Source of the DNA: Felis catus
Lineage: Eukaryota
Reading direction: 5' to 3'
Assembly: GCF_018350175.1 (NCBI RefSeq)
Contig: NC_058368.1
Span: forward strand, 74,650,001 to 74,714,000
Length of the DNA stretch: 64,000 nucleotides
Shown: positions 40,320-53,264 of the stretch, piece after piece
How the letters are laid out: each line of letters begins with the position of its first letter
Numbering within the stretch: the first letter of the stretch is position 1
Position numbers and translations under genes: made by a program
Notes under the pieces: generated by a model
The model's database searches: none
Seen by the model: the letters and a program-made list of their open reading frames with translations, nothing else
Told to the model about the DNA's origin: nothing

Positions 40320-40650
40320 TAATATAAAAACGTGGTAGCGACAAATTTCTTTACTACTTTAGACCCAGGAAAATACGATCTCTTTGACACTCCGTACAGT
40401 GTAGGATTTTTGCTTCGCCTTTTTTCTTTGGGTAACAGAAGTGTCTTGGGTAAATTTAATATTCCACAGGTTACTAGTAGCATAGATGAATATTATTTTC
40501 CCTTCACCTTGAACATGCATTTTTAGGTTACTCTTTGAAGTTTTCGACCTCTCTGCTATGCAGACATAGAACACAGGAAATCGTAATTTCTGTTTAGAGT
40601 CTTTTTTCTTGGCTGAGATGTTTGGCAAATGGAGTCCGATGATAGTAGAC
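40320..40650 (-). pseudogene. Candidate 3' exon remnant, Lys-rich
   Basis: ORF 40359-40673 plus an overlapping open frame (NLPKTLLLPKEKRRSKNPTLYGVSKRSYFPGSKVVKKFVATTFLY*); weak acceptor gtctatag|. Confidence 0.25.
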
Positions 40651-41584
40651 CTATAGACATCATTCAGACACACAGCGGAATTAATATGAGGTTGAGGTCA
40701 GTGGAACTGATTTTGTTCCTTAATGGTTAGCTTTAATGCCAGAGAATATAAAAATGTTAGCGTTTGAGAAATCACATATAAACAAGGTGATCTGACAAGG
40801 CGTACAAAATAAAGCGCTAGCATGGGACGATACCTCTCTTTGGTTCTTTGACATGCGCAATTCACTAATCATTGCCTCATGTTGTCTGTCTCTCTTGTCT
40901 TCTGGGTCTCATTCTCTCTCTCTCTCCGGGCCTTATCAGAGGAGTTATCATATAAAGTACCTCTTTACAAACGATATAAATTTTATAGGCTATATGGAGT
41001 TCAGTGGGAAGGCATTTTACTACCCACTTAACTCATCTAAGGCTTTGAGGGAGGGGATGAGAGCCTTGAGCCCTTCATGTTTTATTTCTGTGAGCTTTTG
41101 TCAGGGCTTTCAGAATACATCATATCTGTAAGGCAACACCCTGTCCACATTTCTGCACGTGGTTTGTGTACAAGACTCAGAACTGCCATTTCACATCACA
41201 GTACATTGATTTTTAATGCTCTTCTAATTTAGGCTAAAGATGTAGAAATCTTAGCTCAGTTAGGCGGCGTGCTGACCTGTGTTTGAACTTTCTCCCAGCT
41301 GCTCCCAGGTCTCTATCAACATTGTTTGGAGCTATCCAATTTGGATGAGGCAATCACAGTATTTTTTAAAAGGGAGAGATTATGATTATTTTTATTTTTA
41401 AATAGCTAAGAGCAGTCAATAATAGAGATGAAATTGGGAAATGGCTGTTCTTTTGCGGGGATTGAAGCACGCGCAAGCTCGTGGTGTCTGATCTTATCTG
41501 CAGTTTAAAAATATTGCCGTTATTTCTTCCATAAGACATTGCAACTGGTCTGTCCTTTCGGGGATAGCAGTGAGCTAAGTGCAC

Positions 41585-41718
41585 CTGCTTGGGATTGCGG
41601 AAACGTGTGGCCACAGTGCCGCGCAAGCTTTTTTTGTGGGATCTGGTGCGTGAAATTATAAGAGGAAAAGTAGGATAATGCAGCATGCGATGACATAGGT
41701 CTGTCCAAAGAGATAGTC
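41585..41718 (-). pseudogene. Candidate exon (LSLWTDLCHRMLHYPTFPLIISRTRSHKKSLRGTVATRFRNPKQ)
   Basis: Lies within the longest ORF of the window (41366-41857, 163 aa), locally CpG-rich; acceptor ...atgccag|, weak donor CAG|GTGCAC. Confidence 0.3.
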
Positions 41719-42029
41719 CTGGCATTTTACAAAAGAGTGAAAAGTTTAGCATGTTCGTAGTGAGCAGTTGATTGAAAGAAGAGATTGAAACAAGATGAGA
41801 GGCTGACGCGCAGCATACAGAAAGCATTTGGTGAGCGTAGGAACAATGGAGTGACACGTTTTGAACTTTCCTAAGAGTCTTCTTTTGATTATGGTAGACA
41901 TATTTATTATACTAATACAGTAAATTCATTTTTTTCAGTGCTTTACTCCCTCCCAAGCTGATTAGTTTGATGGGGCCCGGTAGAATAAAAGACGTTCAGG
42001 AGATCATACAACTCTACCCAGGACCTCAC

Positions 42030-42109
42030 ATTTAGGATGCATGAATAAAACCTTTTTTGCATTCGTATAAAGCTTTCATTTCTTAAATTCTACTCTGTAG
42101 CTTGGAAGC
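42030..42109 (-). pseudogene. Candidate exon, 80 nt
   Basis: Strong acceptor cccttcagtttttttcag|, donor AAT|GTGAGG; every frame has at least one stop. Confidence 0.3.
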
Positions 42110-42429
42110 CTGAAAAAAACTGAAGGGTAAGTTTGTCTTTCAATTGCTGTCTGATTGATACGTGAAGTGCGGACTGCTTGGATTCATTTCCTACAAGATA
42201 CTGCCCACAGCTTAAATATGAAAAATGTGATGGTTATCTACAGAAAAAAAAAACATTGAAAAGAACTATATTCATCCTAAAAAAAATTAAAGCACTATAC
42301 TGCACAACACAACTCTTTATCATTTTTTGACTTTTTCAGCGATAAACTTTAAAAACTCGGATACATGTGTTCAATTGACAATATGCAAATTTGTGGTGCC
42401 TAAATTACACATGTAAAAATGTCTTTTAA

Positions 42430-43690
42430 ATGTTATATTTTCTGTATTAAGGTATAATGAATATATGAAATCAATGCTCAATGATTTTTAAAAAATTTTT
42501 GATGTTTATTTATTTTGAGAGGGGGGGAGACTATGAGTGGAGGAGGGGCAGAAAGAGAGGGAGACAGAAGCTGAAATAGGCTCCAGGCTCTGAGTTGTCA
42601 GCAAAGAGGCCGATGAGGGGCTCGAACTCAGGACCAGGAATGGTGAGTTCATGACATGAGCCAAAGTCAGACACTCAACCGACCGAGCCGTCCAGGTAGC
42701 CCACAATGTTCAATGAATTTTGATAATTTGACCCTCCTGTATAACCACCACCTCAGTCAAAACATAGAACATTTTCATCACCCAGAAAGGTGTCTTTGGG
42801 TCCCTTCTCCTTCAGTATCCCAGGCCCCACCATCTGTTTTGATTTCTATCACCCAGTATAAGTCTTGCTTTTTTGGAGACATCATGAAAATGGAGTCATG
42901 TGTATGTGTGTATGTATATGTAGCTTTTTCTGCTTAATACAATGTTTAGGAAATCATCTATTTTTTTTGTTGTTGTTGTATTAGTAGTATTTTTTTTAAA
43001 ACTGCTTATGGGTACTTCATTGTGTAACATATAGGACAATTTGGTTATTCGCATGTGGATGGACATTTGGATTCTTTCCAGTCTGAGGCTAATATGCACT
43101 AGATTACCATGAACGTTCTTGTACAACACTTTTTTAGGGTGTAAATTTTTATTTTTCTGGAATAAATACCTACCTTGGGTAGATGCGTGTGTAATTTTCG
43201 GTGAAACAAATACGGTTATATGAAGTTACGTATTTTTTCCAAACATATCAGCAATGTCTGTGTCCTTGTCAACATTTATATTTTCAAACTTGTTAACTTT
43301 AATCCTCATCTAAAAATGCATATTCAAATTAAAATAAAGTTATATTTGAATATGCATCCTCCAGATGATGCAGATGCTGAGTAATTATCTCTTTACGTGT
43401 TCATTTATTGACCATTTATAAGTCTTCTTTTTCGCGGTGCTTATTCAAGTCTTTTGCTCATTTTTAGTTGAACCATCCTTTTATTTTCTATGTATTTCCT
43501 TTACATACACTGCATGCAAAATTTGCAAATATTTTGTCCCAGCGGATGGTTTTCCTAGAATATTAATTTTGATGAAGTTTAATCAATTTGTATACGGTTT
43601 GTGCTCTTTGCAAACTCCAAACAATCTTTGGTGAACTCAAGGGTAATCATGTCATTTGCAAGTAGAGATAGTTTTATTTCTTTCCTGTTT
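42430..43690 (-). mobile_element. L1MB/ME-like 3' region
   Basis: gtataaccaccacc..aacatagaacattttcatcacccagaaagg; tggatggacatttggattctttccagt. Confidence 0.75.
42489..42702 (-). mobile_element. CanSINE inside L1
   Basis: TSD caatg(c/t)tcaatga. Confidence 0.9.
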
Positions 43691-43763
43691 TTTTTTTTTT
43701 TAATACTTATCGTCTTTTGCTTAAAATCTCATGTGTTCAAACACATTGTCTTTTACACTGGAT

Positions 43764-43996
43764 TTTTTTTAATGAAATTTTTTTTTAATTTACATCCAAA
43801 TTAGTTAGCATCTGGTGCAACAATGATTTCAGGAGTAGATTCCTTCATGCGCCTTCTCCATTCAGCCCATCTCCCCTCCCACAACCCTTCCAGTAACCCT
43901 CAGTTTGTTCTCCATATTTATAAGTCTCTTCTGTTTTGTCCCCTTCCCTGTTTTTATATTATTTTTGCTTCCTTTCCCTTATGTTCATCTGTTCTG
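43764..43996 (-). mobile_element. 5'-truncated carnivore/felid L1 3' end
   Basis: tttacatccaaattagttagcat...gtaaccctcagtttgttctccatattt; TSD acactggat at 43755-43763 and 43997-44005. Confidence 0.85.
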
Positions 43997-44429
43997 ACAC
44001 TGGATCTTTTAATATATTTATAGTTTTTACTTAAAACAATGTCTGACTTTCGTACTACCTTGGTAATCTCTGACTGTACTTCTACAGACTATTTCCACTC
44101 TTGGCCTTCAGCGTATGTCCTACTTTGCATCTCTTACACTTTTTTTAAATTAGTGAATACCAAATACTTTGGGGGACAAAAGAAACAGGAGATATTTGTG
44201 ACAAAATAATTAGAAAATATTCACACCAGAAAAAGTCACATCGCTCCTTTTGTTGATATACTAGTGTGGAGTTGAGGGAAGCTATTCTCTAAGTAAGCTG
44301 GTCTACAAGTTCGTGGCAGCATTTTTAGATTCAGTGCATTAACTGCTCCAAGTATCTGGAAGGCAGAGTCAGGGCATTCCCTACAACACTGCCTGAAATC
44401 AAAGCCTCGGCAAGACGGGAGATACTCTA

Positions 44430-44897
44430 GGGGCGCCTGGGTGGCACAGTTGGTTGAGCATCTGACTTCAGCTTAGGTCACGATCTCGTGGTCTGTGAGT
44501 TCGAGCCCCGTGTCAGGCTCTGGGCTAATGGCTCAGAGCCTGGAGCCTGTTTCCGATTCTGTGTCTCCCTCTCTCTCTGCCCCTCCCCCGTTCATGCTCT
44601 GTCTCTCTCTGTCCCCAAAATAAATAAACATTGAAAAAAAAAATTTTTTTAATGGGGCGCCTGGGTGGCGCAGTCGGTTAAACGTCCGACTTCAGCCAGG
44701 TCACGATCTCGCGGTCCGTGAGTTCGAGCCCCGCGTCCAGCTCTGTGCTGATGGCTCAGAGCCTGGAGCCTGTTTCCGGTTCTGTGTCTCCCTCTCTCTC
44801 TCTGCCCCTCCCCTGTTCATGCTCTATCTCTCTCTGTCCCAAAAATAAATAAACGTTGAAAAAAAAATTTAAAAAAAAATTTTTTTTTTTTTTTAAA
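44430..44897 (+). mobile_element. Tandem pair of Felis-type CanSINEs (44430-44653, 44654-44897)
   Basis: Single outer TSD aagac(g/t)ggagatactcta at 44412-44429 and 44898-44915. Confidence 0.95.
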
Positions 44898-45706
44898 AAG
44901 ACTGGAGATACTCTAAAGGTGTATGGTCCAGCCATCAGTTTTCCAAACCATTTGAGATGTTTTGTTTTGTTTTGTTTTTCAAAATGTGGCTGTCAGCCTT
45001 TTACATCACTGGAGAGGTGTTTGCTCCCTCGTTCCGTCCACAGCTTTCTGTGCCTTGAGAAAGCTCTGTTTTCCTGGCCTCCCTCCATCTTTGCAGAGTC
45101 ACTCTGTGTCGGGAAAGTGCTCAGAGAGATCTCCCTCAGCAACCTTGCTCTATGCCCAGCATCGGTGGATGTTGCCTGACATGTGGAGAAGGCTCCACAG
45201 AGGAGATCCCTCAGCAATACTATTCCCTCTTAATTTTTTTTTTAGAAGAGTGCCCCAATGTCCTAGATGAAGGTCAATGGAAAGATCGTGGTGTGGTTCT
45301 AGTTGACCGTGGAACTGGAGCTCCTAGGGGTTCCCATCTCTCAAGTCAGCTTTTAGGGAGCTGCTGAGTGCATAAAGTCGTTCTCTTCCTACCATCCATG
45401 GCGCATGACCCGTCCAACAGCAACGCAAACAGCCATGGGTCTTGTCTATTTAAGAAAGGCTCCTCACTCCTTGCATTGTAGTTTAGTTAGATTGATAGCA
45501 CTTGCAACTCTCCGATGGCTTAAACAAACAAAGAAATCTATAATCGTCGAAGCCTATTTAGCTTTTCTATTGTTGGAAGGAGGGTGGGAACGGCAGCGCT
45601 TGTGGTTTCTACATCCTAACAGTATGTGTGAGTCACAGGGCCCGACTTTTCAACATATTCCTAGTGTTTGTTTTTTGTACTTCGGGCTATAGAAAGTGAT
45701 ATTTAC

Positions 45707-45763
45707 CTGTACCGGGCAAAATGGTCTCTTGAAGGACAAATTAATTATAACTAAAACCAGAAT
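45707..45763 (-). pseudogene. Candidate symmetric exon, 57 nt (ILVLVIINLSFKRPFCPVQ)
   Basis: Acceptor tcttgtctttgttag|, donor CAG|GTAAAT. Confidence 0.4.
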
Positions 45764-46290
45764 CTAACAAAGACAAGAATCCTTTTCAACAGATGCTGTA
45801 CCATATGGCTGAAGTTTCATACAGAACACAGTCAAGTATAGAAAATAAAAGTTTAATAAATGCAATTTTCCACTTCATGTTCCATAGGAAAAAAAATCAT
45901 ATGGATACTGACTGGACAAAGTATAGGTTCCCTGTAAAAGAAACCTCTTCAATTAATAATTTTGTAGTTTTCTAAATTTAGAAATCTGATTGATTGCACA
46001 TGTTTTTTCCTTCTTTTCCTACATCCATTTCCTTTTTAAAGTAAAATATAAAATTGAGAATAAAGTACAAAGGCAAGCAAATCCGGAAAGTCGATCTATT
46101 ATGCTTGAACCTCTCAAGTGCACGGCTGTAATACTTATATGAATAAATATATTTCAACTAGAAACACAAAAACATATGAGGACATCTATATGAACATAAG
46201 CATGACACAGAATGCCTTTTAAAACTTCCTGATTTATTAAAAGATATTTGGAGTCTGTCTGCTTTTATGAGTACTTAGAAAGAGGCTCCT

Positions 46291-46433
46291 TTAATAAATG
46301 CAGTGAACCCCATACAATACTCTCTCCAATTGCTGCAACACTAGAAGGAAGTAACATTTGCCAGCTAGACTAGGTGAAAGGGTGACAAAGGAGTAAATCA
46401 AGTGTCCTAACCCCGGGTTGCCCAAGGACTCAT
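46291..46433 (-). pseudogene. Candidate exon (DESLGNPGLGHLIYSFVTLSPSLAGKCYFLLVLQQLERVLYGVHCIY*)
   Basis: Long pyrimidine tract ttttgtttctgctgtttctttc followed by AA instead of AG; phase-1 entry gives 46 open codons; donor not located. Confidence 0.4.
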
Positions 46434-46593
46434 TTGAAAGAAACAGCAGAAACAAAATGTCACATGCCTTCACAGCAACTTGTGGATTAGGTCTAATTGA
46501 GAATTTATGGAATACAAGTAATTTACTTTCACATTAGAGTATACAAATGCATTTGCCAAAGGAATGCATGACGCTTTAAAAAATTAAGCTTCT

Positions 46594-46827
46594 GGGCGCC
46601 TGGGTGGCTCAGTGGGTTAAGTGTCCGACTTCAGCTCAGGTCATGATCTTGCGGTTGGGGAGTTCGAGCCCCGCGCCCGGCTCTGTGCTGACAGCTCAGA
46701 GCTTGGATCCCGCTTCAGATTCTGTGTCTCTCTCTCTCTCTGTTCCTCCCCACTCACACTCTGTCTCGCTGTCTCTCTCTCTCTCTCTCTCAAAAATAAA
46801 TAAAGAATAAACAAATTAAAAAAAAAG
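46594..46827 (+). mobile_element. CanSINE
   Basis: Head, (CT)n and A tail. Confidence 0.9.
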
Positions 46828-47488
46828 CTCCCATGATTAATAGGAAAATGATGTAGAGCATTATTTCAATGATAATAGTTTGATACCTGAGCAGACTTGC
46901 GAGTGAGCGTGTTGTTCTTGCATCCAATTGTAGTTGTTTCTTCGTTTTATTTTTTTTCAAATGAAACAAATGTTTTCCTTGCCAAAGAAAGGGGAAAAGA
47001 AGACTCAGCCTTTGGAAGTTTCTACCAGGCCTACTTTTTACAATCCCCTGATTGCCTCCTTCGGCCTCATACCATCCCTGCACAGGTGAGGGATCGCGGT
47101 CACCTTCATTCTGCCCCGCTTTGTTTTACTAGAGGCACACCTCTGGCCCAGAGAAGTTTAGCAATCACAGTCGTCGCAGGGTGTAGCTGGGGCCTTCTTC
47201 CGATTCTCTCTACGTCGCAGGTTCTGCTGTTCAGAGTAGAGACCACGGTTGTCTTCTGACACAGATTCTAGAAAGAGGCAGAAATAATATAAATTTCCCA
47301 AGAGGAATGGACATCTGGTTAAAGAAAAGTACTAATTTCCAGTGCCGTAAAGAAACACATTAACTAACTAAATTTAACGAGATGCTTTCAAGTCTTAGGA
47401 TTTGTTTGTACAGATAGGGAACGGTTTCTTCATGCAAACATCAGGATTGCGCTGTTACAAACACCACAGACTTCCCAACTGTCCTTAC

Positions 47489-47625
47489 CACACGGCCCCA
47501 GTACTGAGGTGGCCCCCATTGCCCGAGTGGTAATTGTCAGAGCCTGTCGTTGAGAATCTTGCAAGATCTCAGAAGCTGTCTTTCACGAATTTTCTATGCC
47601 GTTGTTATTGGCCGAAGATATTCTC
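47489..47625 (-). pseudogene. Candidate exon, 137 nt (ENIFGQ*QRHRKFVKDS/frameshift/EILQDSQRQALTITTRAMGATSVLGPC)
   Basis: Acceptor aattatgttttgcag|, donor GTG|GTAAGG; TAA at 47607-47605 and an apparent 1-nt frameshift near 47572. Confidence 0.55.
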
Positions 47626-49168
47626 CTGCAAAACATAATTAAAAAGTTAACTTTGCTATTGAATGTGAACTGTTTCTAAACTCCCTCAGGTTCCCCTTCA
47701 CATTCACATTGGTCCCCTTCTCTTTCCTTTATTCATGTGGTACATGTTCTAATCATTTTATATTAGATTATTTGTTTCCGTATGTATTTTACTAATGAGG
47801 CTTAGAACTTCGGGACCAAACTAATTTATTAACCGAAAGCCAGCTAAATATCTGACACGTAGTCATTGTTTATTTCAAGATTACCCAGCCAATGAATGAA
47901 AAATGAATGGCCCTTTAAAAGTGAAGTTTCTGGATACCATGAGTCTAGTGAAACATATCTGGAGACCCAGATGGTTTCTTGATTGTCTCATGTTGAAGTT
48001 CATTTGGGTCTATAGATGCTGCATTTTTCATGATCTTCAGAGTGATTTTTAATGTGGGGTCTGTATTTTGAACTCTTTGGTTGTAGACCACCAGCACTGA
48101 GGGTGAGCTGTATTAATTTTTTCTCTTGCAAATAATCAGTTTGCTCTGTTTGTGATATAGATATGGTAGGATTATTTGTACAGTCTTTAGTAATAAACCT
48201 TCTCAGTTAAAAAATAGCAACTTAATATAATACAGTGGAGAATATAATTGAATAATAAATAATTCTGTGAAACATATATTTTTTATGTCATTGAGATGAA
48301 GTAACCCGTTACCAAAAACCAAAAGAAAAGAATATATAACATTTGCCAGCAAAGTAATGAAGCTTAAAGGGAAGTTTCTTTTTACATAATAGAAAAAATA
48401 CAGAACTTAAAACCTAGCAAATATGAACAAGCAATATATTAAGATACGAATAAGATTATAACATGTTTATATTTTAGATACATTAGAGCTTTTTTATGTT
48501 AATTTCCATTCCACAACCTAGCTTAAGTTGATAGGAGATATTTGGGCTTTTCTAAGTTTAAATGACAATGTTGAATATGAACACTACAGAATCTACATAA
48601 AGCTATGAATTCATCCAAATTAATAAAATGAGATTATGAAAATATTTAATATTTCCTTAGGGTATTCCAATATAAAAGATGTCACGTTGTTAGCTTCTTA
48701 GTAGCTCTGCGATGAAAACAATTAGCATGAATTGGTGAGAAAAGAAGCTTCAGGCAGATTGACCAAGATTTCACATTTGGTAACTGCCACAGAATAGAAG
48801 TATTTTTTATTCAGTTCTAATGTCACCATTACATGCATTAGAAATGCACTTTGGTAAGAACATAGGGGATATGATTATGTGAGTTCTGTGACATTTTTGG
48901 AATCCATCATCCATTAAATAATAGAGCTACATGTCATACCCAGGTCTTCTATATTCTATTTTAGTCTATTATATCAACCCAAGTCAGGATGTAAAAAGTA
49001 ATAATATTTACATGTCAAACTTCATCAGATCAATAATCTAGTCAGTGCAGTGTCTGGGTGTCTTCGTGGCATCTAGAAAATTTTAGAAGAAAACATCACT
49101 TCCACTGATTCTTTTATTCCTTTATGCATTCACTATTTAATTAATTCATTTATCCTTCAAATGCTTAC

Positions 49169-49304
49169 CACACGCGATACGAACTTGTCAATAAGTATTT
49201 GATATATGTCATCAATGAGCCCATAAGTAAAGCTCATGTTAATTTTCTTCTGGGAAAAATCACTTAGCAATTTACAAAGCTTTCCATTAACATTAGTAAT
49301 GTAG
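49169..49304 (-). pseudogene. Candidate exon, 136 nt (YITNVNGKLCKLLSDFSQKKINMSFTYGLIDDIYQILIDKFVSRV)
   Basis: Strong acceptor cctcccttttttgtcag|, donor GTG|GTAAGC; phase 2->0 fully open; best-preserved exon. Confidence 0.6.
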
Positions 49305-49589
49305 CTGACAAAAAAGGGAGGTGGTTTATGAGCAGTGTCACCAAGAAATTGTTCATGGAGGAGAAAAATCAGTAGAATTCCGTGACCTGGGGACAACAGG
49401 AAGTACAGAGTAGAGAGAGGAAGGAGAGTATGATCATTGGGTGGTGAAAGTAAAGCTTTTAGTTTCATTAGAGCAAATAATATTTCTGTAAGGGAGAGCA
49501 GGACACACGATTTTGTAAGTTTTCATTAAAAAAAACTACTTAAGTTGTCATACCTCAGATCTTACTGCTCCTAATATTTCCATAATCTT

Positions 49590-49838
49590 TTTCTAAAATG
49601 TTTATTTAGTTATTTTTGAGAGAGAGAATGAGAGAGAGAGAGAGAGAGAGAGAGCGAGCAAAAGCTGGGGAGAGACAGAGAGAGAAGGAGACACAGAATT
49701 AGAAGCAGGCAACTGGCTCCGAGCACTCAGCTCAGAGCCCAGGGGGACTTGAACCCACCAACTGTGAGGTCATGAGAACCACAAGATATGATGGGAGTCA
49801 AAGTCAGATGGTCAATTCACTGAGCCATCCAGGTGCCC
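49590..49838 (-). mobile_element. Diverged CanSINE
   Basis: TSD tccataatctt. Confidence 0.85.
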
Positions 49839-50054
49839 CAACCCTCCATAATCTTAATTTGAAGTACTCCATTCTCTGAGAGCTCACTCACACTTGCAGG
49901 ATGATTCTTCCTGTATTTCAAACATAGTAGGATCCTACCATTTTTCTAAAGCTTCTCACTTTCCTCATGCCTTCATTTCGCCCTTCTACCTCTTTCCTGG
50001 TAACCTTAATCCGGTGGTCAGTTGTTACAGGAACTCACTTGCAGTGGCATTTAC

Positions 50055-50259
50055 CCTGCTCTCACTCTGTCAAACTCTCTTGGTATTAACGATCCCAGTT
50101 AAATAATTTTCCACTACTCCATACTCCATACTAATGTGGCTGGAACAGGTCCTGGGTCTTGGCACTAAACCATTCGATAAACTAAGAAAAATCTCGTACT
50201 TTACTGTGTTCGAGCTCAGAACGTTTCGACATCTAAGTTTTTCAGCACCCATTAGGAAC
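50055..50259 (-). pseudogene. Candidate exon (FLMGAEKLRCRNVLSSNTVKYEIFLSLSNGLVPRPRTCSSHISMEYGVVENYLTGIV/frameshift/IPREFDRVRA)
   Basis: Phase-2 entry gives W-FLMG and about 60 open codons to TGA (50072-50070). Donor is GG|GTAAAT (50054) or AA|GTGAGT (50038); either needs one frameshift to match the next exon. Confidence 0.5.
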
Positions 50260-51645
50260 CTAATATTTTGCAGATTTATAAAAGTGGCATTATATACATA
50301 AACATATCATAACTATTACGGTGGCAAGATTCCACAGGCAGTAGTCATACTTAGGAAGTTGGTTTCCATTCAGTAGCGTCTGCCCAATGTTGATCATGTT
50401 AAGCATGAAATTTTCAATGTTGAGAGCAATATAAAACATGTCAAATCACAAACGCTGAAGAGCATATATATTTAACTAATAAATTATTCACATCACATGT
50501 TAGCATATATTTGTGATACGGTTAAGTTTTTGTTAACAATCTCTCACCCTGCTGTCATTGGGTGTTTTCCCAAATCACAATTAGCCTGATGATTTCTCAA
50601 AAATAAGTTCTCAAAAATAAAAGCTGTTACTGCATTCATTTTTAAAGAGACTATTTAGCATGACATCTGTTGTTTTTGATGCAATTTTTTATTAAGACAT
50701 TACTTAATAAATTACATTATACAAATGTTTTTAATATTGCTAAGCAGTTGAAATTCCTTTTGAGAATTTCTCCCTGCCATAGATCATGTGGGCACAATAG
50801 ATATCTCAGCCTCAGAAGCCCCCAGAGTCTTCATGGGCTTAGCCGAGATGAATCCGTGAGTTGAAAAGTTCAGACTAAGGCCTAGAGCATTTACTGACAT
50901 AAAGGGTGGAAATACCACGTCATTAGCTTGGAGGGCAAATTCACCATTTTGTTTTGTTTGTTTTCATAAGTTGATACCATATCAGTTATTTCTAGAGACA
51001 CTATGACTTTGTAAAGAAAAAAAAATCTTTGTCCTATTTCTTTTATGGAGAAGTAGAGTTTTAAGGGCATTAATTTATAGCAGTATTGTACCTGTGACAG
51101 ATAAGATTTCTTTTTTAAACATTAGATGTGGATGTAAGTGATGTATTATTTTAATATCCAAGTCCTAAATATATATATATATGAACTCATTTAATATATA
51201 CAAATTTATGTTCTTTCTGATGGCATTTTTAGTAGTGTGTAATCTCCTAAGTAAGAAAGAAATAGGGAGGTTTATGAAACTATCTTAAGTATTAATTAAC
51301 ATTATATATTTCACAAGTCACTTGTAAACTATGACACATAAAATAAAGCTTAGCCTAAGATTCTATACTACTTCATAAGTAGTCAGTTGCAGAGTGAAAA
51401 GATTAGATTGTAACAAGATATACTATCTTGTAAGACCACATCACCCAGACCCAAGCTAAAAAGTTCTTTAGCAGAAATCGTGTGATATTGGATAACTTTT
51501 ATAATCCTAACTTTTTTAAAAGCTTATAGTTACTGAAATTCTAAAAAATCCTGGTGTTCATTAAAGCAATTTTTTTTCTGCCTCTGTATATCCTATTCCT
51601 GCTAATACCTTGGGAGTGTATTCCTTTACTTTAGAATAACAATAA

Positions 51646-51816
51646 GGGATGCCTGGGTGGCTCAGTCTGTTGAGAATCTGACTCCTGATTTTGGCTCAGG
51701 TCACGGTCTCATGGTTCTTGAGTTCAAGCCCGCATCAGGCTCTATGCTGACAGCTTGGAGCCTGCTTGAGATCTTTTCTCCCTCTCTCTCTCTCTCTGCT
51801 CCTTTCCTGCTTGTGG

Positions 51817-51850
<34 letters not shown>

Positions 51851-51900
51851 AAAAACAAATAACATGCAAAAAATTAATAACAATAAAAATTTTTTATAAA
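51646..51900 (+). mobile_element. Older CanSINE
   Basis: Head, (CT)n and A tail. Confidence 0.9.
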
Positions 51901-52454
51901 ATCTGAAGAGAAGCATCTCTATTTGCTCATTGAAAGTAGCATTACTGCTTCTGCTTTTGGCCAGCGAAAAACCAGCAGAGATAATAGATTAAACTATATT
52001 TATAAAATTAATAGAAAAAATTAGCGCCATACTTGGAAACAAGTATGGAGCTCTAAGTCAGATGAGTAAGCTCGAATTACTAATGGTTTTTGGTTGCTAG
52101 AAGGCAACCATCAGCCCGTAGATGCCCAGATCTGGGAAACGTGGCCTCCAGATGCTTCTGAGACAAAGATGATTTTTTTCACAGCCTGAAATCTGTAAGA
52201 ATTTCTGGGTTTAGAAAAGTTCTTCCCATCAAGATGAGGAAGTTGCAAAGATGCTCACTTTCTCCCCAGCGGCATAGTTAGAGAAGACAATAGCAATAAA
52301 TGGTCAACTTCAGCTGCAATCCATTGCAACCCGACACCTACTCCAGCCATATTGAAGGATCGCACTTTACACTCTTCCGTGACCCTCAGCCGAGAAACCA
52401 AAATGAAAACTTGTCCAGGAGCAAGCAGAGAAATCCACTGTGAGCACTGGCAAA

Positions 52455-52456
52455 AA

Positions 52457-52491
<35 letters not shown>

Positions 52492-52493
52492 AT
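52455..52493. repeat. (AAAT)n microsatellite
   Basis: Seen directly. Confidence 0.95.
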
Positions 52494-52888
52494 ATTGGTC
52501 TTCTATTTAGATACTTTGACTATCTGGGGCAAATGGTTCACAATACTCCTTGGGGGCGAAGCAAAAGCAACCCTAAATGAAAAGAAAATTATAGGAGGAA
52601 AAGATACTCAAGAGGTTTAATTACAAGATGTAGCAGAATATTTTTCATTCTCTTCAAAGGATATATTGAAACAGTAGCAAGGAGACTATAACAAACATAA
52701 ACTCAAAATTATTAAAGAGAGAAAAGAAACTCCTAAAAAAACTCACTGTGTTTGGAATAAAAAAGGAATGTCATCGCATCAAAAATAGAATCCTAGGAAC
52801 TACATTTTGTATCACATGGAGCTTGATACTGTGAATGGTACAAAATTTTTGAGACATTGTGTAATATATAATCAAAATGGTATATTAC

Positions 52889-52998
52889 CAAGGCTTTCCA
52901 TAAACACAAAGAGCCAGTATTGAGTTGCAAACATAAATTTCCACAAAGTACAAAGCCACAGTGTCCCACGGATTCAAGGACACATAGCATTCAGAAAC
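52889..52998 (-). pseudogene. Candidate exon, 110 nt (VSECYVSLNPWDTVALYFVEIYVCNSILALCVYGKP)
   Basis: Acceptor cctcttgtatctgaag|, donor TG|GTAATA; phase 0->2 open. Confidence 0.5.
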
Positions 52999-53107
52999 CT
53001 TCAGATACAAGAGGATTTTCATCTTTCAGAAATCCAGTGATGACGTAGCGTTCCTTCAAAAGAGTTAATCATTCTTTCTTAAAAGGCCAATATAATTGTG
53101 TTCTTAC

Positions 53108-53172
53108 CACTAGTATGCATTTACTTTATTATAACGTTACTACTTCCCCAAATATTTAAATACGCATATTAT
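53108..53172 (-). pseudogene. Candidate exon, 65 nt (NMRI*IFGEVVTL**SKCILV)
   Basis: Acceptor gtggttttgcag|, donor GTG|GTAAGA; phase 1->0 links both neighbours; three TAA stops; followed by a 109-nt intron. Confidence 0.45.
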
Positions 53173-53264
53173 CTGCAAAACCACATTATATCATCCATAG
53201 AGTATAATCCCTGCTCTTTGACAGTTTTTTCTTTGTTGTTGTTTTAAGCAAAGTAACTAAATAC

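Noticed and set aside
42101..42126. Plus-strand 26-nt microexon pattern (tgtag|...|gtaagt; LGSLKKTE)
   Set aside because: Not a multiple of 3, no partner exons, and it overlaps a stronger minus-strand acceptor.
45503..45615. Possible extra minus-strand exon (DVETTSAAVPTLLPTIEKLNRLRRL*) 91 nt after 45707
   Set aside because: Weak splice sites, stops and ambiguous frame; left out of the model pending homology evidence.
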